From Patescibacteria group bacterium (GTDB lineage Bacteria; Patescibacteriota; Microgenomatia; CAYGWK01): a stretch of 64,000 nucleotides of DNA. Position 1 is the stretch's first letter, and the number at the start of each line of letters is the position of its first letter. The notes beneath the pieces were generated by a model. It saw nothing but the letters and a program-made list of their open reading frames with translations, was not told where the DNA came from and searched no databases. The DNA lies in the NCBI GenBank assembly GCA_049322615.1, contig JBMORX010000005.1, forward strand, positions 395 through 64,394, read 5' to 3'. A program made the position numbers and the translations under genes. This document shows, piece by piece, positions 1-8,975 of the stretch.

Positions 1-60
1 GGCGTATTTGAGGCAAAGAGCCTTAAAGACTTGATGCATCAGCTTAAAAATGCTTCTTAA
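1..60 (+). CDS. 3' end of probable antitoxin (partial, window edge)
   Basis: Open frame GVFEAKSLKDLMHQLKNAS* overlapping the start of the downstream toxin. Confidence 0.5.
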   Translation, partial: GVFEAKSLKDLMHQLKNAS

Positions 61-313
61 ATACACTAAGATTTTTTTGAAGAATTATACAAAGCGTATT
101 TCCCCAAACGCAAGTCTCGTCAAGCGATTTGAAGAAAGACTGCATCTTTTTATTAAGAATCCCACAGACCCCGTTCTTAAAAATCACAAACTTTTGGGAG
201 CAAAGCACAATCTTCGGTCTTTTTCGGTAACGGGCGATATTAGAGTTGTCTATCTACGCAAAGATAAAACTGTTTACCTTATTGATATAGGAACCCACGC
301 TCAGGTTTATTAA
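50..313 (+). CDS. RelE/YafQ-family mRNA interferase toxin
   Basis: 87 aa; LKNHKLLG, RSFSVTGDIRVVY and C-terminal IGTHAQVY motifs. Confidence 0.85.
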   Translation: MLLKYTKIFLKNYTKRISPNASLVKRFEERLHLFIKNPTDPVLKNHKLLGAKHNLRSFSVTGDIRVVYLRKDKTVYLIDIGTHAQVY

Positions 314-463
314 AGGTAGCCGGCGCGTTATATTTTATTTTGGGGCTGGCCAATAATACTTTTCAGATAACTAGTTAACTAGTGCACTAGTGTACTAGAA
401 ATGTTATACTATCTTCGATGAAAAGGAGTAAAATAGTTTTCTATTGGAGCCGAATAGGAGGCT

Positions 464-580
464 GATATCACTGAGAGCACAGAAATTTCAGCGCCTTCAA
501 TTAAATTCAGTGCCTTCTGTGATTCGGGGGTGCATTCAGGAACAGAATCTCTTAGTCCAGAAGGCACAGAGAGGGGGTGA
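464..580 (+). repeat. GCACAGA-family hairpin repeat acting as 5' leader (copy 1; copy 2 at 35741-35860)
   Basis: Colinear similarity to 35741-35860; ends in AGGGGGTGA upstream of the ATG. Confidence 0.75.
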
Positions 581-593
581 CAAAAAATTTAAA

Positions 594-1202
594 ATGAAAA
601 ACGTGGTTTTAATTTTGGCAAGTTTGGTTTTTGCTTTTGGGATTTTATCTGCCTCGGTTTGGAAGACCCAGGCTCAAACCTCAAGCAAAAATTTTAATGT
701 TCAACTGCTTCCTGAAGCTTTAGGGGCAAAATTGACTCCGACCCCAACGCCTGCGCCCACGGTTGATTATTATCTTCCATACCCTGGGATTTTGCCTGAC
801 CACCTGCTTTATCCAATAAAAATGATCAGGGACCGGGTTTTGTTGTTTTTGACTTTTGACCCAGTTAAAAAAGCCGAACGTTTACTTTTATATGCTGACA
901 AAAGAATCGGCGCCGCCAAGGCTCTAATCGAAGGAGGGAAGGTGGAACTGGGAATTTCGACCATGACCAAGGGAGAAAAATATTTAGAGCAGGCAATTGC
1001 CCAGGCAGAGAAAGCCCAAAAGGCAGGTAAAGACACCAGCGCTTTATACGAAAAACTTGCCAAAGCAACCTTAAAACATCAAGAGGTTTTGACTGGAGTT
1101 TTAGTTAAAGTTCCAGATGAGGCAAAAGGAGCAATTCAGGACGCTCTTCGCTATTCTCGCCAGGGGTATGAAACGGTAAGTAGGGTGATTGAAGAAAAGT
1201 AA
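594..1202 (+). CDS. Secreted/membrane DUF5667-like protein
   Basis: Signal peptide from MKNVV; YPGILPDHLLYPIK and LYADKRI motifs; the ORF-track 5' extension is translated repeat. Confidence 0.7.
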   Translation: MKNVVLILASLVFAFGILSASVWKTQAQTSSKNFNVQLLPEALGAKLTPTPTPAPTVDYYLPYPGILPDHLLYPIKMIRDRVLLFLTFDPVKKAERLLLYADKRIGAAKALIEGGKVELGISTMTKGEKYLEQAIAQAEKAQKAGKDTSALYEKLAKATLKHQEVLTGVLVKVPDEAKGAIQDALRYSRQGYETVSRVIEEK

Positions 1203-1236
1203 GAGGCTTTGCGGCTCGGGTAGGAATTTGTTAATT

Positions 1237-1398
1237 AGATGGTTCGGAGACGAACATTTTGCTTGAGTTTAGAGATGACGTCCGCCTTTGGCGGACACGG
1301 CCTGCTTAGAGAAGATTCCGAAAGTCTGGTGGCACTGTTTTCGGTTGGCGCAGGCCTGTCACATTAAACTCGGCGCAAAAGTTGTCTCCTCACCATCT
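1237..1398. repeat. Long structured repeat, family L copy A
   Basis: AGATGGT-TC-GGAGAC...GTCTCC-TC-ACCATCT closing stem; homologous to 2012-2164 and 53445-53613. Confidence 0.7.
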
Positions 1399-1496
1399 GG
1401 TTTGGCACAAAAATTACTCAAAATCTTCTTCTGGTTTTTCTTTAAAAATAGCCAAAATTTTCTTATTTTGATATACTTTGATAGGTTATTTGCTAG

Positions 1497-1549
1497 TTGA
1501 CAAACTGGATGTAGTGGTTATATATTAATAATTGCGCTATAAATAGCGC
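1497..1549 (+). promoter_or_regulatory. sigma70 promoter with tandem NrdR boxes
   Basis: TTGACA 1497-1502 and TATATT ~1521; AAACTGGATGTAGTGG (1502-1517) and palindromic GCGCTATAAATAGCGC (1534-1549) start 32 bp apart, upstream of nrdR-nrdD-nrdG. Confidence 0.65.
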
Positions 1550-1562
1550 TTTTATTTTCACC

Positions 1563-2006
1563 ATGCGGTGTCCATTTTGCGGTCACGACAATACTTGCGT
1601 TTTAGAATCCCGAATTTCTGAAGACGGAAATTCTTTTAGGCGAAGACGTGAATGTTCTAAATGTAAAAAGCGTTTTACGACTTATGAGCGGGTTGAAAGA
1701 ACTTTATTAGTTATCAAAAAAGATGGCAGACGAGAACCGTTTGATCGGGAGAAAATTAAAAAGGGGATACTTTTAGCCTGTCATAAAAGACCAGTCTCGC
1801 TAGAGGCGATTGATAATATCGTTGATGAAGCTGAGCAGGAGTTGTTACGAAAGGATTCGGCCGAGATTCCCTCAAAAATTATTGGAAATGCGGTTTTAAA
1901 AAGACTTAAAAAAGCTGATAAAGTCGCCTGGTTGAGGTTTGCCAGCGTTTATTTAGAATTTTCTGATTTATCAGATTTTGAAAAAGCGATTGAAAAGATA
2001 GGATAA
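1563..2006 (+). CDS. nrdR: Transcriptional repressor NrdR
   Basis: MRCPFC zinc ribbon, RRRREC, RFTTYE, ATP-cone, RFASVY. Confidence 0.97.
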   Translation: MRCPFCGHDNTCVLESRISEDGNSFRRRRECSKCKKRFTTYERVERTLLVIKKDGRREPFDREKIKKGILLACHKRPVSLEAIDNIVDEAEQELLRKDSAEIPSKIIGNAVLKRLKKADKVAWLRFASVYLEFSDLSDFEKAIEKIG

Positions 2007-2011
2007 AATTT

Positions 2012-2164
2012 TGGCTCGGGAACGAATTTATTGCTTGGATTTAGAGATGGCTCCCGCCAATTCGGCGGGACCAGCTCGCGACTGGGTAATTTGAAACTCA
2101 AGTTGTGTTCCGAAGGGGTCGCGGCTTGCCACATAAATCCGGCGCAAAAATTGTTCCCTCGCCA
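2012..2164. repeat. Long structured repeat, family L copy B
   Basis: TGGC-TC-GGGAAC...GTTCCC-TC-GCCA; fills the nrdR-nrdD gap. Confidence 0.7.
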
Positions 2165-2176
2165 CATTTACCTTAG

Positions 2177-4300
2177 ATGGAAAAGATGCAAAAATTAACT
2201 ATCAAAAAAATAAAGAAAAGGGATGGTAGAATCGTTCCTTTTGATCAAAGAAAAATTACTAATGCCATTTGGAAAGCGGCCGAATCAGTTGGGGGAAAAG
2301 ATAAAAAGAGAGCCAAATTTCTTTCTGATGAGGTAGTCAAAATTTTAGAAAAACGCTTCAATGGTCACACCCTTGCTACGGTTGAGCAAATTCAAGATAT
2401 TGTCGAGACTGTTTTAATGCGATCTGGACATTACACCACCGCCAAGGCTTATATTCTTTATCGCGACCTTCACAATAAAATCCGCGATGTTAAATCTTTA
2501 ATCGATTCAGATGAGTTAATGGGTAATTACTTAAATGGGACTGACTGGCGTATCCGCGAAAATAGCAACATGGCTTATTCTCTCCAGGGGTTAAATAATC
2601 ATGTGGCTTCAGCCATTTCTTCTCATTATTGGCTTAATAAACTTTATCCAAAAGAAGTGCGCGAGGCTCACCAAAGTGGCGATTTTCACCTCCACGACCT
2701 TCAACTTTTGGCTCCTTATTGCGTTGGTTGGGATTTTCAGGACCTTTTGCTTAAAGGTTTTACCGGCGTTTCGGGAAAAGTCTCCTCAAAGCCCGCCAAG
2801 CATTTCCGAACTGCCTTGGGGCAACTGGCTAATTTTCTTTATACGGTGCAAGGCGAATCAGCCGGCGCCAACGCTGTCTCAAACTTTGATACCCTGCTTG
2901 CCCCTTTTGTTTGGCAAGATAAACTTTCTTATAAAGAGGTTAAGCAAGTAATGCAGGAGTTTGTTTTTAATATGAATGTTCCCACTCGGGTTGGGTTTCA
3001 GGCACCCTTCACCAATCTTACCCTAGACCTGACTGTCCCAACGACTTTTGCCAATGAGGCAGCGATAGTTGGTGGCAAACCGCTTAACAGGAAACAATAT
3101 AAGGATTTTCAAAAAGAAATGGATTTGATAAATCAGGCATTTGCCGAAGTGATGCTTGAGGGAGATGCCCAGGGAAGAGTTTTTACCTGGCCAATTCCTA
3201 CTTATAATATCACTCGTGATTTCCAGTGGGGTAATGGTCTCCTAAAACCAATTTGGGAAATGACCGCCAAGTACGGAATTCCCTATTTTTCAAATTTTAT
3301 TAATTCTGATATGAAACCAGAAGATGCACGCTCAATGTGCTGCCGTCTTCGTTTAGATAAACGAGAGTTGAGAAAGCGAGGGGGGAGTTTTTTTGGCTCA
3401 AATCCCTTAACCGGTTCAATTGGGGTGGTAACCATTGATATGGGGCGAATTGGATTTTTGGCAAAAGATGAAAGAGATTATTTTAAAAGACTCAAAGCCC
3501 TGATGGACATTGCCCGAGATTCTTTGTTGACAAAGCGACAGGCTTTGGAACGATTGACAGAACAGAGGCTTTATCCTTATTCTAAATTTTATCTTTCAGG
3601 AATCAAAAAGCGCTTTGGCGGATACTGGCGCAATCATTTCAACACTATTGGTTTAAATGGAATGAATGAAAGTCTTTTGAATTTTTTGGGCGTTGACATT
3701 GGAACTCCAAAAGGAAGAAGGTTTGCTTTAAAGGTTTTGGATTTTATGAGGCTGAAATTAGGCGAATATCAAGAAGAGTCAAATGAACTTTTTAATCTTG
3801 AGGCAACTCCGGCTGAAGGGACAACCTACCGTTTTGCCAAACTTGACAAAAAACTCTATCCGGAGATTATCGTTGCCAATGAAAAAAATTACCAAGAAAA
3901 AGGGGCCGAGCCCTACTATACTAACTCTACCCATCTGCCGGTTGGCTACACTGACGACATTTTTGAGGCTTTAGAACTTCAGGATGAACTTCAGACAAAA
4001 TATACTGGGGGGACGGTTCTTCATGGTTTTCTTGGGGAGGCGGTCAAGGATGGTGAAGCGACTAAATTTTTGGTTAAAAAAATTGCCGAAAATTACCGTC
4101 TTCCTTACTATACCCTGACTCCGACTTTCAGTATCTGCTCAAGCCACGGATATCTTGAAGGCGAACATGAGGTTTGTCCCGAATGTGGAGAAACAACAGA
4201 AATTTTCTCCCGGGTTGTTGGTTATCTTAGGCCGGTTCAACAATGGAATGACGGCAAACAAGCCGAGTTTTCCGATAGGAAAGAATATCTGGTTGCATGA
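2177..4300 (+). CDS. nrdD: Anaerobic (class III) ribonucleoside-triphosphate reductase
   Basis: N-terminal ATP-cone, SMCCRL, ATPAEG, CxxH/CxxC, RVVGYLRPV glycyl-radical motif. Confidence 0.96.
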   Translation: MEKMQKLTIKKIKKRDGRIVPFDQRKITNAIWKAAESVGGKDKKRAKFLSDEVVKILEKRFNGHTLATVEQIQDIVETVLMRSGHYTTAKAYILYRDLHNKIRDVKSLIDSDELMGNYLNGTDWRIRENSNMAYSLQGLNNHVASAISSHYWLNKLYPKEVREAHQSGDFHLHDLQLLAPYCVGWDFQDLLLKGFTGVSGKVSSKPAKHFRTALGQLANFLYTVQGESAGANAVSNFDTLLAPFVWQDKLSYKEVKQVMQEFVFNMNVPTRVGFQAPFTNLTLDLTVPTTFANEAAIVGGKPLNRKQYKDFQKEMDLINQAFAEVMLEGDAQGRVFTWPIPTYNITRDFQWGNGLLKPIWEMTAKYGIPYFSNFINSDMKPEDARSMCCRLRLDKRELRKRGGSFFGSNPLTGSIGVVTIDMGRIGFLAKDERDYFKRLKALMDIARDSLLTKRQALERLTEQRLYPYSKFYLSGIKKRFGGYWRNHFNTIGLNGMNESLLNFLGVDIGTPKGRRFALKVLDFMRLKLGEYQEESNELFNLEATPAEGTTYRFAKLDKKLYPEIIVANEKNYQEKGAEPYYTNSTHLPVGYTDDIFEALELQDELQTKYTGGTVLHGFLGEAVKDGEATKFLVKKIAENYRLPYYTLTPTFSICSSHGYLEGEHEVCPECGETTEIFSRVVGYLRPVQQWNDGKQAEFSDRKEYLVA

Positions 4301-5010
4301 AAATTGGCGGATTTCAAAAAGTTTCCCTTCTTGATTTTCCTGCTCACCTTTCTGCCATTGTTTTTGTCAAAGGCTGTAATTTCCGTTGCCCCTTTTGTTT
4401 TAATCGAGATTTGGTTTTAGGGAATTTGCCGACAATCTTCGAAGGCAAGATTTTTAGTTTTCTTAAAAAAAGAAAAAAGGTTTTGGATGGGGTGGTTATC
4501 ACTGGCGGAGAACCAACTCTTCAGCCGGATTTGGAAAAATTTATTAAAAAAGTTAAAAAAATTGGATACGAAGTTAAACTTGATACCAATGGTGCTCTTC
4601 CAGAAATTTTGAAAAACTTGATAAAAAAGAAAATAATTGATTATCTGGCTTTGGATTTTAAGGCGCCGCTTAACTTTTCTTATTCCCAAATTACAAATTA
4701 CAAATTACAAATTACAAATATCAAGAAATCCATTAAACTGATTTTGCAGTCTGGAATCCCTTTTGAGTTGCGGACAACCGTCGTGCCGGGGATTCATAAC
4801 AAAAAAACCCTGGTTTTGATGGCAAAACAACTTCGCCAAATTACAAATTACAAATTACAAATTACAAATTTGAAGTGGTTTTTGCAGGAATTTCAGCCAA
4901 AAACCTGCCTTGACCCTGAATTTGAAAAGATAAGGCCATACAGTAAAATAGAGATGGAAAAATTTTTAAAAGCAGTTAAAAAAATCATTCCGGCCGTTGA
5001 ACTTCGCTAG
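4297..5010 (+). CDS. nrdG: Anaerobic RNR activating radical SAM enzyme
   Basis: CNFRCPFC, ITGGEPT, DTNG; two in-frame (CAAATTA)4 arrays. Confidence 0.9.
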   Translation: MKIGGFQKVSLLDFPAHLSAIVFVKGCNFRCPFCFNRDLVLGNLPTIFEGKIFSFLKKRKKVLDGVVITGGEPTLQPDLEKFIKKVKKIGYEVKLDTNGALPEILKNLIKKKIIDYLALDFKAPLNFSYSQITNYKLQITNIKKSIKLILQSGIPFELRTTVVPGIHNKKTLVLMAKQLRQITNYKLQITNLKWFLQEFQPKTCLDPEFEKIRPYSKIEMEKFLKAVKKIIPAVELR

Positions 5011-5055
5011 AAAGCTCCTGTAAAAAGTCCGTCAGGTTTGATATAATTACCTTAT

Positions 5056-5379
5056 ATGCCGGAACTGCCCGAAAGAGAAAAAGAGAGAGGTTTTGTCGTT
5101 GAAGCGGGGAGAATTTATGAAACTCCTGCAGAAAAAGAAGGGTTATTAAAAAGAGTCGAAGAGCCAGAACTTGAAAAACCAGTTACTTACAAACGCCAGG
5201 TTTTAGTGACTTCGGCCCAGGCGCAAAAGCCAAGAATTATTCTGCCTTTAACCCAGCAAACTTATTTAAATCCCGCCAACTGGCATAAACCAATTGTCTA
5301 TGCCATTCGTTGGCTTTTAGCCTGGGCGCAGAGAATTATTAAAATGCGACCAGGGAAAGTAATGTTTGAGAAATCCTAA
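5056..5379 (+). CDS. Hypothetical protein
   Basis: 107-aa ORF with TGATATAAT -10 box just upstream. Confidence 0.7.
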   Translation: MPELPEREKERGFVVEAGRIYETPAEKEGLLKRVEEPELEKPVTYKRQVLVTSAQAQKPRIILPLTQQTYLNPANWHKPIVYAIRWLLAWAQRIIKMRPGKVMFEKS

Positions 5380-5494
5380 ATTCTAAATTCGAAATTACAA
5401 ATTCAAAACGGTTTGGAATTTAAAAAATTGGAATTTAAATATTGTTTAGGATTTAGAATTTGGTGCTTAGAATTTTTTGAAAAATTTGGAATTT
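5371..5494. repeat. Empty inverted heptamer array (AAATTCN / NGAATTT)
   Basis: AAATCCT AAATTCT AAATTCG AAATTAC followed by the reverse-complement array. Confidence 0.7.
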
Positions 5495-7822
5495 ATGAAT
5501 ATTGATCTTTTTTCTCTCATTTGGACATTTTCTGCTTTTTTGCTAGCAACACTGATTTTAGTCTCTGTTTTTCTTCTTTTGGCTTATGCTCTTTTAACCT
5601 GGTGGCGATATAAAGACAGAGAGAAGAGGTCTTTGGAATATGTTTTGCTTCAGGTGGCGGTTCCCCATGATAATGAAATAAAAATAGATGCGGCTGAACA
5701 GATGTTTTCCTCTTTGTATTCAATTAAAAAGGGAGGCTTTCTTTCTTTTTTACGACCGCAGGAACATCTCACTTTGGAGATTGTCGCTTTGCCTGAAGAT
5801 ATTCGTTTTTATGTTTCCGTTCCTAAGAAACTTGAGGATTTACTCGAAAAACAAATCCACGGGGCTTATCCTGACGCGGAAATAAAAGAGGTTCCTGAAT
5901 ATAATATTTTTTCCGAGGAGGGAAGGGTCGCCTATGCTTCTTTAGGATTTCGTAGTCATCCATTTTATCCAATTAAAATCTACAAGGACCTGCCAACTGA
6001 CCCTCTTTCCTCAATCACCTCGGCTTTGGTTAAGATGCAAAAAGGAGAGGGAGCGGCAATTCAGATTTTAATTTCTCCTGCTTCGGGAAAATGGCGTTCT
6101 TCTGGCAAAAAGTTTGTTTCTAAAGTTAAAAGCCAAGAGGCTGACCCAGAGAAAGCCAAATTTGCCGTTGATGCCAAAACTTTAGAAGCAATTGAGAACA
6201 AGTGTTCAAAACCAGGATTTGAAACCCAAATTCGCCTGGTTGTTTGTTCAACCTCTGAAGAGCAAGCAAAAGCCCACCTTTCAAATTTAAAATCTGCTTT
6301 CGAGCAGTTTTCTTCTGATTTAAATGGGTTTAAATCAAAAAGAATTTTTATCAAAAGCGCTTTTATGACTGATTTTATTTATCGCTACCAACCAATGGTC
6401 CGTTTTGGTTTGCAAACAATTTTAAACTCCGAAGAATTAGCGACCATTTTTCATTTTCCCAACAAGCAAGTTGAAACTCCTCACATTTTCTGGATTTATG
6501 CCAAACGGGCGCCGGCACCTGAAAAAGTGCCAACCTCCGGGCTTTATCTTGGAAAATCAGTTTATCGGGGAATGGCAAGACCGGTTTATATCACTGATAA
6601 AGATAGGAGACAACACATTTATATTATTGGCAAAACCGGAACGGGCAAGTCCTATCTTTTAAAAGACATGATTTTGCAGGATATCCGCGCTGGCAAAGGG
6701 GTTTGTTTTATTGATCCTCATGACACCATTGATTTAATTTTGCCTTTAATTCCTCCGGAGCGAGCCGAAGATGTTGTCTATTTTGACCCCTGCGATTATG
6801 ACCGACCAATGGGCTTAAATATGCTTGAGGCTTACACTGAAGAACAACAACATTTTATTGCCACCTCAATCATTGGTTTAATGTACAAACTTTATGATCC
6901 CTATAAAACCGGCATTATTGGTCCGCGATTTGAGCATGCCATAAGAAACGCCATGTTAACAGTCATGTCAGAGCCCGGCAATACTTTTGTTGAGGTTGTC
7001 AGATGCCTAACTGATTCTTCTTTTGTTCAAGAACTTTTGCCCAAAGTCAAAGACCCAATTGTCCGGAGGTATTGGACAGACCAGATTGCCCAAACCGCCG
7101 ATTTTCATAAATCCGAAGTTCTAGATTATATTGTCTCTAAGTTTGGTCGTTTTGTCACCAACAAAATGATGAGAAATATTATCGGTCAGTCAAAGAGCGC
7201 TTTTAATTTCCGAGAAATTATGGATCAGGGAAAAATTTTGTTTATCAATTTAGCCAAAGGGAAAATCGGGGAGGAGAACTCAAATTTCCTAGGGCTGGTT
7301 TTAGTCCCAAAAATTTTGGTGGCAGCCATGAGTCGTCAGGACCAACCGATAGAACAAAGGCGAGATTTTTATCTTTATGTTGATGAGTTTCAAAATTTTG
7401 CCACCCCTGATTTTGCTACTATGTTATCTGAGGCGCGAAAATTTAGACTAAATATTGCCGTTGCTAACCAATTTATTGGTCAGGTTGAAGAAGAAGTTAA
7501 AAACGCCATCTTTGGCAATATTGGCAGCTTAATTGCCTTCCGAGTTGGGGTTCAAGATGCTTCTTACCTCCAGCATGAATTTCAACCAACCTTTTCTGAA
7601 TCAGACCTGATTAATATTGACCGCTTTAATGTTTATATGAAGACAATTGTTGACAATGAGCCAGTCCCCCCATTTTCCGCTGATTTAACCAAAGATTTGT
7701 CAGAAGAGAATAAACTCAAAAATCCTAAGGTGGCGGAAATTATTAAGGAAATATCCAGGCTTAAGTTTGGACGGGATAAAGAAGAGGTGGAGGAGGAGAT
7801 AGAGAGAAGGGCGCGGCTGTAG
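5495..7822 (+). CDS. VirD4/TraM-like coupling-protein ATPase (CPR type)
   Basis: N-terminal TM, GKTGTGKS Walker A, YVDEFQNF Walker B, LSEARKF. Confidence 0.85.
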   Translation: MNIDLFSLIWTFSAFLLATLILVSVFLLLAYALLTWWRYKDREKRSLEYVLLQVAVPHDNEIKIDAAEQMFSSLYSIKKGGFLSFLRPQEHLTLEIVALPEDIRFYVSVPKKLEDLLEKQIHGAYPDAEIKEVPEYNIFSEEGRVAYASLGFRSHPFYPIKIYKDLPTDPLSSITSALVKMQKGEGAAIQILISPASGKWRSSGKKFVSKVKSQEADPEKAKFAVDAKTLEAIENKCSKPGFETQIRLVVCSTSEEQAKAHLSNLKSAFEQFSSDLNGFKSKRIFIKSAFMTDFIYRYQPMVRFGLQTILNSEELATIFHFPNKQVETPHIFWIYAKRAPAPEKVPTSGLYLGKSVYRGMARPVYITDKDRRQHIYIIGKTGTGKSYLLKDMILQDIRAGKGVCFIDPHDTIDLILPLIPPERAEDVVYFDPCDYDRPMGLNMLEAYTEEQQHFIATSIIGLMYKLYDPYKTGIIGPRFEHAIRNAMLTVMSEPGNTFVEVVRCLTDSSFVQELLPKVKDPIVRRYWTDQIAQTADFHKSEVLDYIVSKFGRFVTNKMMRNIIGQSKSAFNFREIMDQGKILFINLAKGKIGEENSNFLGLVLVPKILVAAMSRQDQPIEQRRDFYLYVDEFQNFATPDFATMLSEARKFRLNIAVANQFIGQVEEEVKNAIFGNIGSLIAFRVGVQDASYLQHEFQPTFSESDLINIDRFNVYMKTIVDNEPVPPFSADLTKDLSEENKLKNPKVAEIIKEISRLKFGRDKEEVEEEIERRARL

Positions 7823-7824
7823 CG

Positions 7825-8360
7825 AAGATATTAAGATACTAGGAGACTAAGATATTAAGAGAAAAAAGGAAAATTATTGCACTTAGTATCCTAATATCTT
7901 AATCTTTTAATATCTTTTTAAAAAGATGAAAATCAATCGATTTATCGATCTTGAGGCATGGAAAGAAGCCCACAAATTGGTTCTTTTAGTCTATGAGGTT
8001 ACTGCTAAGTTCCCGAAGTCAGAACTTTACGGCTTGGTTTCTCAACTCCGTAGAGCGGCAGTTTCTATAGAATCATGTATCGCTGAAGGATTTTGTCGTT
8101 ATCACTATAAAGATCGTTTAAATTTCTATTACGATGCCAGAGGTTCGGTAGGAGAAATTCAGAGTGAGATTATTGATGCTAGGGATCTAAAGTTTATCAA
8201 CGAGGAAGATTTCAAGAAGGTTTTTGATCAAGCAGAAAAAGTGGGAGTAATTTTAGGTGGACTTATTCGAACTACTCAACGCTTGTCTTCTGGCTAAATT
8301 TTTGTTATTATTCTTCCTGGAATCGCTTAATATCCTAATATCTTAGTCTCTTAATATCTT
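7825..8360 (+). mobile_element. Putative four-helix-bundle cassette bounded by inverted AAGATATT octamer arrays
   Basis: 7825-7859 and 8326-8360 are inverted repeats (30/35 match); extra internal inverted array at 7882-7916. Confidence 0.6.
7926..8297 (+). CDS. Four helix bundle protein (23S rRNA IVS/Avd-like family)
   Basis: DLEAWKEA, FPKSELYGLVSQLRRAAVSI, IAEG, ARGS motifs. Confidence 0.92.
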   Translation: MKINRFIDLEAWKEAHKLVLLVYEVTAKFPKSELYGLVSQLRRAAVSIESCIAEGFCRYHYKDRLNFYYDARGSVGEIQSEIIDARDLKFINEEDFKKVFDQAEKVGVILGGLIRTTQRLSSG

Positions 8361-8363
8361 TTT

Positions 8364-8553
8364 GGGCACGTAGCTCAATGGCAGAGCACTACTCTTATAG
8401 CAGTAAAATGGGTCGGTAACTCAGCGGTCAGAGTGCCACTCTTATAAAGTGGAAGTCGATGGTTCGAATCCATCCCGACCCACCATTTTACTGATATATC
8501 GCGCCTTGCGCGCTATAAAGCAGGGGTTCTTGGTTCGAATCCAAGCGTGCCCA
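8364..8553 (+). tRNA. Split tRNA-Ile(UAU): 5' half 8364-8399 and 3' half 8518-8553, interrupted by 118 nt
   Basis: Acceptor GGGCACG/CGTGCCC, D-arm GCTC/GAGC, T-arm CTTGG-TTCGAAT-CCAAG; joined loop CT-TAT-AA; one mismatch in the anticodon stem. Confidence 0.7.
8410..8485 (+). tRNA. tRNA-Ile(UAU), intact, nested in the split tRNA
   Basis: GGGTCGG/CCGACCC acceptor, CCACT-CTTATAA-AGTGG, GATGG-TTCGAAT-CCATC, encoded CCA. Confidence 0.92.
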
Positions 8554-8554
8554 C

Positions 8555-8632
8555 CTAAAGTTCCTCGAGCTTAACCTTCTCTTCTCCGGTTTTTTCTTTG
8601 ACGAAGGCAAGATATTTCTCGGTGGTTGAAAC
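8555..8632 (-). repeat. Duplicated 3' end of the Xer-like recombinase gene
   Basis: Translates VSTTEKYLAFVKEKTGEEKVKLEEL*; 8580-8629 is identical to 9923-9972 (50 bp). Confidence 0.9.
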
Positions 8633-8663
8633 GGATTTTAATTTCTGCTAAAATGGCATTATT

Positions 8664-8975
8664 ATGTCAATTACTTTACCGTTAACTGTTAAGATCATCT
8701 ACGAAAAAGAGGCAAAAAGTGCTCCTTTTGTGGCTTATTGTCCTGAGCTGGATATTTCTTCTTGCGGGCCGACCGAGGAAAAAGCACGGAAAAATTTAGA
8801 GGAGGCAATCGAGATTCTTCTTGAGGGGGCAGCTAAGGATGGAACCTTAAAAGATTTGCTTCTGGAAGCGGGATTTGAGATCCAAAAGCGCGAGGTTAAG
8901 CCTCCCAAAACCATCATTTTCCCCTTCCATTTTATTTTACCGGCAGGCCTTGAGAAAAAATTATGGCTCGCCTAA
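8664..8975 (+). CDS. HicB-family antitoxin
   Basis: VAYCPELDISSCGPTEEKARKNLEEAI. Confidence 0.85.
   Translation: MSITLPLTVKIIYEKEAKSAPFVAYCPELDISSCGPTEEKARKNLEEAIEILLEGAAKDGTLKDLLLEAGFEIQKREVKPPKTIIFPFHFILPAGLEKKLWLA

Noticed and set aside
369-399. ACTAGT-containing short tandem palindromes
   Set aside because: Single degenerate occurrence; no function can be supported
444-593. N-terminal extension of ORF 444-1202
   Set aside because: Translation of the GCACAGA repeat; the SD and signal peptide point to ATG 594
1288-2167. ORFs 1288-1500 and 1949-2167 (also 53471-53704 and 43061-43279)
   Set aside because: They overlie structured repeats and have no protein-like features
5495-7822. Conjugative element or prophage
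   Set aside because: Lone VirD4-like ATPase; no relaxase, T4SS or phage structural genes nearby
7926-8297. Diversity-generating retroelement, suggested by Avd-like proteins
   Set aside because: No reverse transcriptase in the window; the duplicated segments differ at synonymous positions of all bases rather than only at adenines
8400-8517. Group I or II intron in tRNA
   Set aside because: Only 118 nt, mostly a tRNA; no catalytic core recognisable
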